Assembly: GCF_006345805.1 (NCBI RefSeq)
Contig: NW_021825301.1
Location: 1 to 15,965 of the forward strand
Length of the DNA: 15,965 bases
Direction of reading: 5' to 3'
DNA from: Octopus sinensis
Taxonomy: Eukaryota
The notes below the pieces were generated by a model, which was not told where the DNA came from, did no database searches, and was given only the letters and a program-made list of their open reading frames with translations. How positions within the stretch are numbered: the first letter of the stretch is position 1; each line of letters begins with the position of its first letter. This document shows positions 1 to 9,349 of this stretch, one piece after another. Made by a program: the position numbers and the translations under genes.

Positions 1-160
1 CTAAGGACATGTACAACTGGTTCAGGTCAAGCAACTCACAAGCAAATCTGTTGTCTGAGCAGAATATTTGCTGTAGCCCATCTTTTACACCAAGACAAAA
101 CAATGTACATGATAACACTTCCAATCAGTTAAGAAGCCACGAGAGCCACAATACCTGGGC
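1..160 (+). repeat. 3' fragment of an interspersed repeat, family unassigned
   Basis: The segment gataacacttccaatcagttaagaagccacgagagccac resembles a repeat I recall from octopus DNA. It ends in a short (TAT)n run at 161-170. Recall only. Confidence 0.3.
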
Positions 161-172
161 TATTATTATTAA

Positions 173-345
173 GCCTGCGAGCTGGCAGGATCTTTCGCAC
201 GCTGGACGAAATGCTTAGCGATATTTCGTCCATCGCTACGTTCTGAGTTCAAATTCCGCTGAGGTCGATTTTGCCTTTCATCCTTTCGGGGTGGATAGCC
301 AGTTGGTCACCAAAATTTCAGATCTTGTGCCTATAGTAGAAAGGG
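173..345 (+). mobile_element. tRNA-derived SINE family A, internally deleted copy with tail type 1
   Basis: Head gcgagctggcagga (A-box-like) and ctgagttcaaattcc (B-box-like), body gaggtcgattttgcctttcatcctttcgggg, tail ccaaaatttcag..cctatagtagaaagg. Homologous to the copies at 5989-6148 and 10147-10361. Confidence 0.8.
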
Positions 346-366
346 TTATTATTGTTATTATTATTA

Positions 367-431
<65 letters not shown>
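346..431. repeat. (TTA)n microsatellite between SINE tail and R4-like LINE 3' end
   Basis: Direct reading; source of the poly-L and poly-N ORFs. Confidence 0.98.
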
Positions 432-663
432 TGATGAAAACTCACAACTCATTTTGCTGAGTATGATGCTAAGTGGCAGCTGTCCACAGTCAGCAGACCA
501 AGGTGACACTTGTTTACTGGTCATACTTCAAGAAACTTGCGAAGATTTCCTGCAAATCCCAGCAATGCTGATTTTTGTAAGTATTCTGCCTTCGCACTTG
601 CACCAATCTTTTGAAGCCGTGTTAGTAGCTGAGCTCTGATACTTCCAAGTGCGCCAATTACTA
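432..663 (-). mobile_element. 3' end of an R4/Dong-clade non-LTR retrotransposon (C-terminal ORF remnant plus 3' UTR)
   Basis: Minus frame 661->521 reads VIGALGSIRAQLLTRLQKIGASAKAEYLQKSALLGFAGNLRKFLEV*. This matches the R4-type C-terminal signature VIGALG...LQK.ALLG...LR..L. About 90 nt of UTR follow, then (AAT)n. Confidence 0.75.
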
Positions 664-805
664 TTGCCTTTCACCCTTTCATCCTTTCGAGGTCTATTAA
701 AAAATTACCAGTTACGCACTGGGGTCGATGTAATCGACTTAATCCCTTTGTCTGTCCTTGTTTGCCCCCTCTACGTTTAGCCCCATATGGGCAAAAAAGA
801 AATAA
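664..805 (+). mobile_element. 5'-truncated SINE family A, tail type 2
   Basis: ctttcatcctttcgagg..accagttacgcactggggtcgatgtaatcgacttaatccctttgtctgtcc..aaagaaataa is nearly identical to 6019-6148. Confidence 0.85.
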
Positions 806-1066
806 ATTACTATTGGTATCACGTCTACACCCTTCGTATTTCCCACTTCAAATCGTCAGAGTAGTTCAATTTTTCTTCTTCTTTCTCTCTGATCCTGTTA
901 TCATCGCATATTTTGACATGCTTTCGGTTGAACACGCAGAAATGCCCTAAATGAACAGCTGATTTGGCTCGTTAGTTTCTGAAAGAAATTTTTATTTATT
1001 TACCTTTGTTTTAAAGTGCAAGACAGGAGAAAGTGAAAGATGTATGTACGTGTATATGAAATGGAC

Positions 1067-1081
1067 GTGTGTGTGCGTGTA

Positions 1082-1137
<56 letters not shown>

Positions 1138-1252
1138 CTACTTAGGCATCAGTCTCTCTCTGTCTCCCTCCCACACGCACACATACATACAAAAACGATG
1201 TATGCACATGTACTTATGCATGTACGTATACATGGCAACACACTCCTTCACT

Positions 1253-1286
<34 letters not shown>

Positions 1287-1290
1287 AACA
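1067..1290. repeat. Compound (GT)n/(GA)n/(CT)n/(CA)n microsatellite cluster
   Basis: Direct reading. Confidence 0.9.
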
Positions 1291-1926
1291 CACATATACA
1301 TAAACGTATGCAAAAGTACATACAAAAACATACGTGTGCGTGTGTGACTGACTACAAATACGTGGAGCTGAACACGGCGCGCAAGAAATAAATTGATAAA
1401 TAAATTGTTACGGAAATTGACGAAGTGTGCAGATTTAAGCGACAGAATGCCCATATCTTTTTGGACGCCCCATGTTGAATTGCAAAATTTTAATGTGATA
1501 TTTGTGTAATAACAAAAATCAAACCTGGAGTGTTTGTGTTTATATTACAGAGACAGTGTGTGTGTAAGTGTGAGAGAGAAAGAGAGATTGGCGGGAGAGA
1601 ACATTGCAAACAATGAATGAAATAAACATGAAATGAAAATTTCATATATAAGCAAAAATTCGTTAAAAACTATCTTGTACCGAATATTTATATTTGTGAA
1701 CTTGAAATATTCAATAATAAAAGTAAGTTCAGAAAGTAAATTTTCTTGAAAACTTCAATTTATAAAAAATTTCACTTGCTTAGAAAATATTTCTTTCAGC
1801 AATTTATCTTAGTTCTTTGCAAATAGCAAATGAAGATCTGAAATGAAAACATTAAAATAAAGAGCGAGCGACTTAGCAAATGGAAACGGAAAATTTCGCC
1901 TGCAACGAATTAATATAGTTTAAATA

Positions 1927-1955
1927 GTTGCTATGTCAATACCGGAAGTTGACAT
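1927..1955. promoter_or_regulatory. Candidate RFX X-box-like site abutting an ETS site
   Basis: GTTGCTATGTCAAT (1927-1940) matches GTTGCCATGGCAAC at 11 of 14 positions. ACCGGAAGT follows at 1941-1949 and is flanked by ATGTCAA/TTGACAT inverted arms. Confidence 0.3.
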
Positions 1956-2120
1956 TGAAAAACCTTTTTAAAGATGTTAATCATATATATATATATAAAT
2001 CAATAACATTTATTTAAAAAAAAATAAAGTGAAGGCCCTATTATGTATCCGAGGTCAAATTATTCATGCATCCCAAGTATGGAACCGATTCACGCAGTCA
2101 TTTTCGTGTGAAAAGCTAAT

Positions 2121-2124
2121 ACAC

Positions 2125-2193
<69 letters not shown>

Positions 2194-2316
2194 GCACAAA
2201 TCTATTTTATATAATGTGTGTATATATATATGTGTGTGTGTGTGTGTGAGTAAATATGTATGTATATATAGATATATGTGCATGAATGTATACATACATA
2301 CATACATACATACATA
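2121..2316. repeat. (CA)n, (TG)n and (TACA)n microsatellites
   Basis: Direct reading. Confidence 0.9.
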
Positions 2317-2399
2317 CAAATGGATCAGCAAAAATATGCAAGATTTTCTTAAATTTAGAATGTGCCTTTCGAGGAAGATTTTAAATAGATAAAAACAGA

Positions 2400-3155
2400 A
2401 AGCTTGCTGGTACAGATTGGTAAAGTATGATTGGTAGAATGTTAGCTTCTTGTACCAACATCCAACAATCATGTCTTTTCCAGATGCTTTTCCATCCTGG
2501 AGTTTCTGGATCACAGTTGCAAGAGTTTTACCATCAATGTTGTATGTCTTGGATGTAACACAGGAGCAATAACTTTTTCGGATTTCTTCCAGCCACAGAG
2601 CATCTTGGTTAAATTCCTTCTCTTCACTCCAGATTTTCCTCCAGAAGGAGTCTATGCCTTCGCGTGAAGGAGGTTCCGTGTTATTTATTGCTCCTCCTCT
2701 CATGTATCTGTATACTGCTGCCTGGTCGCTGGTAAATTTTTTGTTTATTGTTCTTCTCTCGGTTATTCTCTTCTGATGGAATTTTTCACTGAAAGCTTTT
2801 AGCTCCTGTTTTTGGGTAATCAGTTTGCAAGTGAGTGTCCACTTTTTGCTGTCTCCAAACATAATTTCGATCTCATTTTTTACTTCCTGTTGATGGGACG
2901 TATAGTGATTTGCTTGTTTGCATGCAATAAGCATCATTACATGACTGACGGTCTTCCGTAAACCAGTTATCTTTTTTTTCTGTCTTCAAAACCTATGATG
3001 ATACTTTCTTTGTTATTTCGGTTTTGTTCACTTTTTGAGTATCATTCATTTACTGTTTTACAGTTGCAGCCAGTATGTGGGTTCATCACACTGTTGTAAA
3101 TACTCATCACCAATTTCGTTAACAGCTTTTAATACTGTATCTGGTGTTTTTTTTT
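2400..3155 (-). mobile_element. Decayed R4/Dong-clade LINE ORF fragment, region just upstream of the RT domain
   Basis: ORF 2116..2937(-) contains INKKFTSDQAAVYRYM..PPSREGIDSFWRKIWSEEKEFNQDALWL..KASGKDMIVGCWYKKL. These correspond to the FW..IW...HN..A.W and KAPG.D.I..FW.K motifs of RLE-type LINEs. Frameshifted sequence continues upstream (KTPDTVLKAVNEIGDEYLQQCDEPTYW). Homology stops near 2400. Confidence 0.8.
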
Positions 3156-3264
3156 AATATTTACTTTGGTAGAGAATTTTCTCTCCTCGAGAGAGTACCT
3201 CAAAGCCAGTTATTTTTTCTCGGAAAATTTCACTAAGAGCACATTTCACCGGCATATAATCCTG

Positions 3265-3293
3265 ACTACTACTACTACTACTACTACTACTAC
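3265..3293. repeat. (CTA)n microsatellite
   Basis: Direct reading. Confidence 0.95.
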
Positions 3294-3732
3294 AATAATC
3301 GTTGCGGTTGTGTCTGCAATTTACCATAGTCGTAGTAGGGGGACCGTGGTCAGTTATGTATGTATGCATGTATGTCTAAGTGTGTGTGTGTTTGTGCGCG
3401 CCTGCGTGTGTGTACATAAATACATGCATAAAATATATATATATATAGGTAACAACTATGAGATCGCTTCCGTGAGCTCCTTCCAGTAGTCTTCTACTCA
3501 CTCAGGCTTACCTATTTCATCACACCTGATGAATCGATTAATCACCTCTCTGTGTTCAACGATTCTGACCACCAAGTGATATCACTTACCAGAAAACACC
3601 CAAAAACAATGCACGGGAGATTTTCTCTTTTGCACCTTAATGAACGTTTCCCCCTCGTCGTCATCGTTTTTGCCTCTTAATATTATCAAGTTCACCCACC
3701 CACTTATTGTTTTGTGTGGACGTTATCCAGTA

Positions 3733-4301
3733 CGAGGGTGTGCTAAAAATTTCCTGGTTTTGGGTTTAAAAAAATACAGGAGGATCAGTTACTTATGATT
3801 TTATTCAACATATTTGAAGCACTCCGTCGGTTATGACGACGAGGGTTCCGGTTGATCCGAATCAACGGAACAGCCTACTCGTGAAATTAACGTGTAAGTG
3901 GCTGAGCACTCCACAGACACGTGTATCCTTAAAGTAGTTCTCGGGGATATTCAACGTGACACAAAGAGTGACAAGGCCGGCCATTTGAAATACAGGTACA
4001 GCAGAAACAGGAAGTAAGAGTGAGAGAAAGTTGGGGTGAAAGAGTACAGCAGGGATCACCACCATCCCCTGCCGGAGCCTCGTGGAGCTTTAGGTGTTTT
4101 CGCTCAATAAACACTCACAACGCCCGGTCTGGGAATCGAAACCGCGATCTTATGACTGCGAGTCCGCTGCCCTATCAGTTTCACACACTTATTGCAGCGG
4201 TCCTTTAGTTTTTCTAAACTCTGTAAAAGAATTCGAGGTTGGGAACTCCAACTAATCCTTTCGTGATGCCCTTAAAAGCAAGAACTTTCAGCACCTCCTC
4301 G
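3733..4301 (-). mobile_element. Mariner-derived MITE (about 215 bp) interrupted by a SINE
   Basis: Imperfect TIRs: cgagggtgtgctaaaaatttcctggtttt (3733-) versus the reverse complement of aaaagcaagaactttcagcacctcctcg (-4301). TA lies on the left and TG on the right. The minus strand encodes a mariner transposase C-terminus, LEKLKDRCNKCVKLIG/[SINE]/YVE*. Confidence 0.8.
3815..4169 (-). mobile_element. tRNA-derived SINE family C, 5'-truncated
   Basis: Minus strand starts gcagcggactcgcagtcataagatcgcGGTTTCGATTCCCagaccggg (B-box / T-arm-like). It sits exactly between the two MITE halves. Confidence 0.75.
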
Positions 4302-4501
4302 TGTGCTTCTAGCAGAATACAAAACAAAAAAAGAAATAGTTATTCGCACTGTGTACAGCAAGATCTGAAACGATGGTTTTGTATATTTCTTCTTAATATG
4401 GTACGGCAGATTCGAACACAAAATATGAGAGTGGTTGTTGTGCTTGTTACAGGAGCCTAGCATATTTTGTTTTTGACTTTGCCTGAACGTATTAATAACC
4501 A

Positions 4502-4657
4502 GGTAGGAGAGTCCAGTTTGCTGGACATTGTTGTAGAGCTGAAAAAGAGGTAATTTCTACTCTCCTCCTCTGGAAGCCATCTACTCGCAATACCAGAGGG
4601 CGCACACTCTCCTACCCTGATGTAATCTCCAGGGATACAGGCATCCAGCAACAGGAT
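4502..4657 (+). mobile_element. RTE-like LINE C-terminal ORF fragment
   Basis: Translates to GRRVQFAGHCCRAEKEVISTLLLWKPSTRNTRGRTLSYPDVISRDTGIQQQD. This matches the post-RT R....GH..R.....L.W.P...R..GR.....D...D motif of RTE-group elements. Confidence 0.75.
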
Positions 4658-4742
4658 ATAAGCACTAATCAGAAAACATTTTGCTCACAGAAACTATGAG
4701 CGAAACCAGTGGCTTGTTTAAGTTCAAAAGATCCCAGTTACG

Positions 4743-4783
4743 TCCGGCTGACGAGACACATGACGAAACACCGATGTTCCAGA
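4743..4783 (+). ncRNA. Degenerate minimal type I hammerhead-like motif
   Basis: TCCGG-CTGACGA-G(ACACATGA)C-GAA-ACA(CCGA)TGT-T-CCAGA. Stem I has 4/5 pairs, stem II 2/3 and stem III 3/3; the triplet is GUU. Confidence 0.35.
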
Positions 4784-5470
4784 GTCCCTTCTGCCACTGA
4801 GTCGAGCGTCTTACGAACACAAAGTCGCCGTAAAACGAAGTTGTTTTCTTCTGACATTCACAACAGCGCCTAGCATCTTTTGCATTCGAATTTGCCGGAA
4901 TGTATTAAGAATAGATATGCAAACCACAGTTTATGGCAGAATTTTCTCCATTGTTTGCGAGCGCATATTAGCGTTAACCTGATAGCCGCAAGCATAACTC
5001 GAACAATCTGTGTGAATTTATTACCTCACATCTGTATGTGTTTAATCGTACATCTACTATAAATCTGTGCGTGTATGTTTGTATCCTTGTCTAAACTTTG
5101 TTTGCCCAACATCCTGACTTCGACTTTCTCTATGCATGTGAACTGAAGCATCTTTAAGTAACACTGTTAATAAGCGTCTCGTCTTGATCGCTGACCTCGC
5201 CAATAAATGAATCACACTTCTTGCCTGTTACTGAACATATCTTCCTACTTTCCTCTCCTGTCCCTTTATTGCTCTAGTTCTCTCTCTCTATCTCCCTCTT
5301 CCTCTCCCTCTTGCTACTGTTGGCGGGATGGTTGATTACGAAGGTAATGATCAGCATAGAAAGGAAAGTTATAGTAGCAGAGATGATTATCGCATTGCTG
5401 GTCAGTTCTTATTCAATTTCGATCATTCCATTGTAAAACACATGAAATATTAAAAATGAATTTGTATCCT

Positions 5471-5523
5471 TCAAGGCGGTGACCCAGCATGGCCACAGTC
5501 CAAAGCCTGAAACAATTAAAAGA
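5471..5523 (+). mobile_element. SINE family B 3' tail fragment
   Basis: aaggcggtgacccagcatggccacagtccaaagcctgaaacaattaaaaga is homologous to 7681-7735. Confidence 0.65.
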
Positions 5524-5916
5524 CACTCACACACGAAATAATATGTATATCTACACACCTTTATGCACAGTATGCAGGAGAATGCCAAACAAGCGCAACA
5601 ACACAGCAGTGTTCAGATGAATGAGAATTTAAACTCCAGCCTTTTCAACCAGGGGCTAGCGCCTTGATATTGAAAGTTAGCTATAAGAACGATCTTTGTC
5701 GAGCTGTTATAGAGGTAGAAAGGCAGCTAAACGCAAGAATGCTTAAAGCGTGTGTTTACATGGAATATAAAATACACATTATAGATTAAAAAACAAAAGG
5801 AATTATGTAATTTACTTACACACACAAACACATACGCACACACCATTCTCTCTCTCTCCCTTTATTTCATATTTAAATTCTCTTCCGTTCTCTCTCCTTT
5901 CGACTGGCCATTTTTT

Positions 5917-5988
5917 CATCGACCCCAGTGCGTAACTGGTACTTAATTTATCGACCCCGAAAGGATGAAAGGTAAAGTCAACCTCGGC
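5917..5988 (-). mobile_element. Inverted SINE family A fragment (left arm of foldback)
   Basis: Its reverse complement matches 6003-6074 at 68 of 72 positions. Confidence 0.85.
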
Positions 5989-6148
5989 TGAGTTCAAATT
6001 CCGCCGAGGTCGACTTTGCCTTTCATCCTTTCAGGGTCGATAAATTAAGTACCAGTTACTCACTGGGGTCGATGGAATCGACTTAATCCCTTTGTCTGTC
6101 CTTGTTTGTCCCCTCTGTGTTTAGCCCCTTGTGGGTAGTAAAGAAATA
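5989..6148 (+). mobile_element. 5'-truncated SINE family A, tail type 2
   Basis: Runs from tgagttcaaattccgccgaggtcgactttgcc to gtgggtagtaaagaaata. Confidence 0.9.
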
Positions 6149-6299
6149 TATATTCACATTCATCTTAACTGCTCTTTCTCTACTTTTATCCTCTTTGTTC
6201 AACTTCTTATCACAATCCGATCATTACCAATTCCCACAGATGTACAAAAATGTCAATACCTACACAACTTCCTCTCCTCTCATTCAGTAAGGATGCACC

Positions 6300-6424
6300 T
6301 AAAATTTCTCTCTCTTTTCTTTCTCTCTCTACCCCACCCTTCTGTCTGTCTGCTTCTCTGTCTCTCTCTCTCTTTCTCTGTCTCTCTCTCTCCCCCCTCT
6401 CTCTCTCTGTCTCTCTCTCTCTCT
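6300..6424. repeat. CT-rich microsatellite
   Basis: Direct reading. Confidence 0.9.
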
Positions 6425-6554
6425 GCCTTGTCGAGAACTTCCCTACATAACGAACGGCCTGAATGATTTGGATTTTATACCAATAATTAAAATAAATTTT
6501 TTTGCTGGCGCAGACTGCAAGCATTCAATTTGGTTTCTATGTTTCTACATTATA

Positions 6555-6597
6555 GCATGGCTGTCTAGTGACTGAAACAAGTAAAAGATAAAAAAGA
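6555..6597 (+). mobile_element. SINE family B extreme 3' tail
   Basis: gcatggctgtctagtgactgaaacaagtaaaagataaaa; followed by (TACA)n(CA)n to 6673. Confidence 0.65.
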
Positions 6598-6628
6598 TAT
6601 ACATACGTACATACATACATACATACAT

Positions 6629-6677
<49 letters not shown>

Positions 6678-6846
6678 TATAATATTTTTTAATATATTTT
6701 TAATGTGTATTTTTTAATGTGCATTATTTAGTACAGAGATTTTTAGTACAATATTAATAATAATATATTTAAATTTATATTTCATTATAGATAATATCTT
6801 TCCTTATTAATTGAATTACTTTATTGAGGTTCTGTCTCTTAATTTT

Positions 6847-6850
<4 letters not shown>

Positions 6851-6883
<33 letters not shown>

Positions 6884-6902
6884 CTCTCTCTCTCTCTCTC
6901 AG

Positions 6903-6942
<40 letters not shown>
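6851..6942. repeat. (CT)n/(TA)n microsatellite
   Basis: Direct reading. Confidence 0.95.
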
Positions 6943-7077
6943 AAGAAAGAAGAAGATACGGAGATTGTGAAGTTAATAATAGTTTATCCACAACAAATCG
7001 AACATTATCCCTTGCACCTGTTTCAATTATACTGAGTGAATTAATTAAATATTAATTTCATATTGCTGAGCATGAGG

Positions 7078-7213
7078 TTAGGTTCAGTCCCACTGAGTGG
7101 CACCTTGGAAAAGTGTCTTTTACAATAGCCTGGGGCCGACCAAAGCCTTGTGAGTGGATTTGGTAAACTGAAACTGAAAGAAGCCCGCCACCCGTCCTAT
7201 TATATTTTAGGTG

Positions 7214-7273
<60 letters not shown>

Positions 7274-7432
7274 ATTATATATATCTTGATAAAACACCAA
7301 GGTTCAGATGTCGGGGTGGAGTTTTGTCATGGCTACCGAAATAATTGTCACATATTACATTTACCGATAAATTCCTCTATTTATATAATATCGAGGTATC
7401 TTTCATTCTTGTTGTTTCTTACCATTTCTATC

Positions 7433-7490
<58 letters not shown>

Positions 7491-7740
7491 CCATATGCGC
7501 GCGTGTGTGTGGTGTGTGTGTGTGTGTGTGTGTGTGTTTGTTCCCCCAACATCGCTTGACAACCAATGTTGGTGTGTTTACATGTTTACATCTCCTTAAC
7601 CTAACGGTTCGGCAAAATACACCGAAAGAATAAGTACTAGGCTTACAAAGAATAAGTCCTGAGCTCGATTTGTTCGACTAAAGGTGGTGCTCTAACATGG
7701 CCGCAATCAAATGACTGAAACAAGTAAAAGAGTAAAAAAA
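7078..7740 (+). mobile_element. SINE family B with expanded internal microsatellite and nested insert
   Basis: The 5' half runs from ggttcagtcccactgagtggcacc to gaaactgaaagaagcccg (7081-7187). The 3' half runs from gtttgttcccccaacatcgcttgacaacc to tgactgaaacaagtaaaagag (about 7536-7735). Both match the minus copy at 14401-14752. Confidence 0.85.
7285..7435. mobile_element. Unclassified ~150-bp insert between two (TA)n tracts inside the SINE
   Basis: Non-microsatellite sequence bounded by (TA)n at about 7216-7268 and 7436-7488. It is absent from the 14401-14752 SINE copy. Confidence 0.45.
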
Positions 7741-7786
7741 AGTAGGTAGAATACTGATATTTCTGGCAAACTGAGCGATTACTTAC

Positions 7787-7820
7787 CTGTTTCATCAAGC
7801 CCCTGTCGAAAAAGAGGAAG
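7787..7820 (-). other. Candidate micro-exon (34 nt, or 16 nt using an internal acceptor)
   Basis: Minus strand reads ctCTAACgtgttatttataatacAG|CTTCCTCTTTTTCGACAG|GGGCTTGATGAAACAG|GTAAGT. It has a branch-point consensus, two possible acceptors and a perfect donor. Confidence 0.35.
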
Positions 7821-8288
7821 CTGTATTATAAATAACACGTTAGAGATAATATAGTTAAGAAACATGTAGACAAAACATGAATATTACAAATAAACAGAGA
7901 AAGAGGGTTTCTTTTCTTTTAGCTCATTCTACAGAATCTTGTTCGTTTAAACATGCACAGAAAGGAAATAATAATGTTGCTGTTGGTTTTTATGACTGGA
8001 TATTTATGAGCTAAGAAAGAGGGGCAAACATGTGTTTTTGGGTGAACAGAAGTAGTTTTTTGGGTAAGAAGAACAATTATACGTAAAGAAGAATGCGTAG
8101 GTGAGAACTGTTTCTTAAAATATTGGTTGTAGTGCAATTGAATTTGCTTGAAAGGGAAAGAGAGAGAATGGGGGAAAAAGTATAAACAATCGGAAATGAA
8201 ATATTTGCTTGTGTTTGGAAGAGGAAGAGAGAGAGTGTGAAAGAGAGAGAGAGAGAGAGCATAGACGAAGGGCTAAAAATATTACCGA

Positions 8289-8711
8289 ATGGCTGCAACA
8301 ACAACAGCAACAGTAGAAGAGCAACCATCACCACCACTAGCACCACCGCCACCACCGCCGCCGCCACCGCCGCCATCAGCACTGTTGCCGCCGTTGATGT
8401 CTCCGCCGATGCCTCCACCAACGCCGACGCCTCCGACGCCTCCAATGCCTTCTGCCCCGGCCGCCACCAGCAGCACCATTAGCACCCACTCCAACACCCC
8501 TCAATATCTTCTCAAATCTCCAACGCTCCTAACACCCCGACACCCGACACCCGATACCCCAAACACCCCATCCCCACCAGTACCTCTATTTCCACCCAAT
8601 AATAACACACAGGATCTTCATCAACTCTACCACCGCCACTTCCACTACCAAGAACAATACTTACAATATCGCCAACGTCGCCAGCACCAGCGAAATAAAG
8701 TTTTGCCCTAA
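8289..8711 (+). CDS. Possible proline-rich low-complexity ORF (140 aa); may be non-coding
   Basis: ATG-initiated ORF in a CpG-rich island after a GA-rich tract. Pro codons use mixed wobble bases. No recognisable domain. Confidence 0.22.
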   Translation: MAATTTATVEEQPSPPLAPPPPPPPPPPPSALLPPLMSPPMPPPTPTPPTPPMPSAPAATSSTISTHSNTPQYLLKSPTLLTPRHPTPDTPNTPSPPVPLFPPNNNTQDLHQLYHRHFHYQEQYLQYRQRRQHQRNKVLP

Positions 8712-8923
8712 AGTCTTCTAAGCATTCTTCTAACCATTTTCTCTGGCCTTAGACGTCAGCCAAAGGAAACTTACCTGTCCTTCATTACAAAAGAAAGACG
8801 GTGGGTCAGCTATTACGAACAATGTGTCTTCCAGCTAGACCTGGCTTTCATGCGTTTACATTCATGATTTTTGATTTGGGTTAGTGGGCAATATTCGTCC
8901 CCATGTTATACGTGTATCTAGAC

Positions 8924-9223
8924 CAAGGGGTTCTCAACCATTTTTTACCTTTAATTACTATTTTAGTCTGGTGGACACCTCCACTAACTATTTGATGTTT
9001 AAAAACTAGTTTTTTAGATACTTCTCTTAATATTTCTATTATGTTTTCCACACATTAACTTGTGTAGGTTGAAACTTTACCAATACATTTATCTAAAGCA
9101 AACTTTTCTCAGAGGCCCTTAAAATACTATTGTGGATCTCAAATCTATCATTTTGTTGTGTGGGTCCCCAGAAATTCTATATGGACCTCCAGGGATATCA
9201 TGGATCCCGTTTGAGAAACACTG
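8924..9223. mobile_element. hAT (Charlie-type) MITE, 300 bp
   Basis: TIRs caaggggttctcaa and ttgagaaacactg. The 8-bp flanks atctagac (8916-8923) and gtcaagac (9224-9231) match at 6/8 and fit the NTCTAGAN target. Confidence 0.75.
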
Positions 9224-9349
9224 GTCAAGACAGAATCGGAAAAAAAGCATAAGATAAAATATATTTTCTTCCAAAACACCCCCACTCTTTTCTTCATACT
9301 TCGTACTCTGTACGGTCTTACTTCTAACATCCTGTATGAAAAAAAAAAA

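Noticed and set aside
318-639. Poly-L and poly-N ORFs
   Set aside because: They are read-through of (TTA)n into the R4 remnant. The informative frame is minus 661->521, which is not in the ORF track.
2116-2937. 273-aa ORF as a host gene
   Set aside because: It carries LINE motifs, is frameshifted upstream, and its C-terminal third is microsatellite translation.
3506-3590. Two further minus-strand GTAAG donors (3506-3511 and about 3584-3589)
   Set aside because: Acceptors are weak or absent and the peptides are unrecognisable; this many matches is expected by chance.
4667-4905. About 80 stop-free codons on the minus strand, and a nearby IHSGKFECKRC zinc-finger-like string in another frame
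   Set aside because: No ATG start or convincing splice sites, and C2H2 spacing is not met.
5327-5675. Short protein-like plus-strand ORFs (MVDYEGND.., MHSMQENA..)
   Set aside because: Each is about 41 codons or fewer, with no matched acceptor/donor pair or homology.
7305-7354. Half-hammerhead pattern (ctacc-GAAA-taattgt-c-acat with upstream atgt)
   Set aside because: No CUGANGA-like core between the putative stems I and II.
8282-8497. Signal peptide plus Gly-rich secreted protein on the minus strand
   Set aside because: It starts at GTG just after a stop codon and is the antisense mirror of the CCN repeat.
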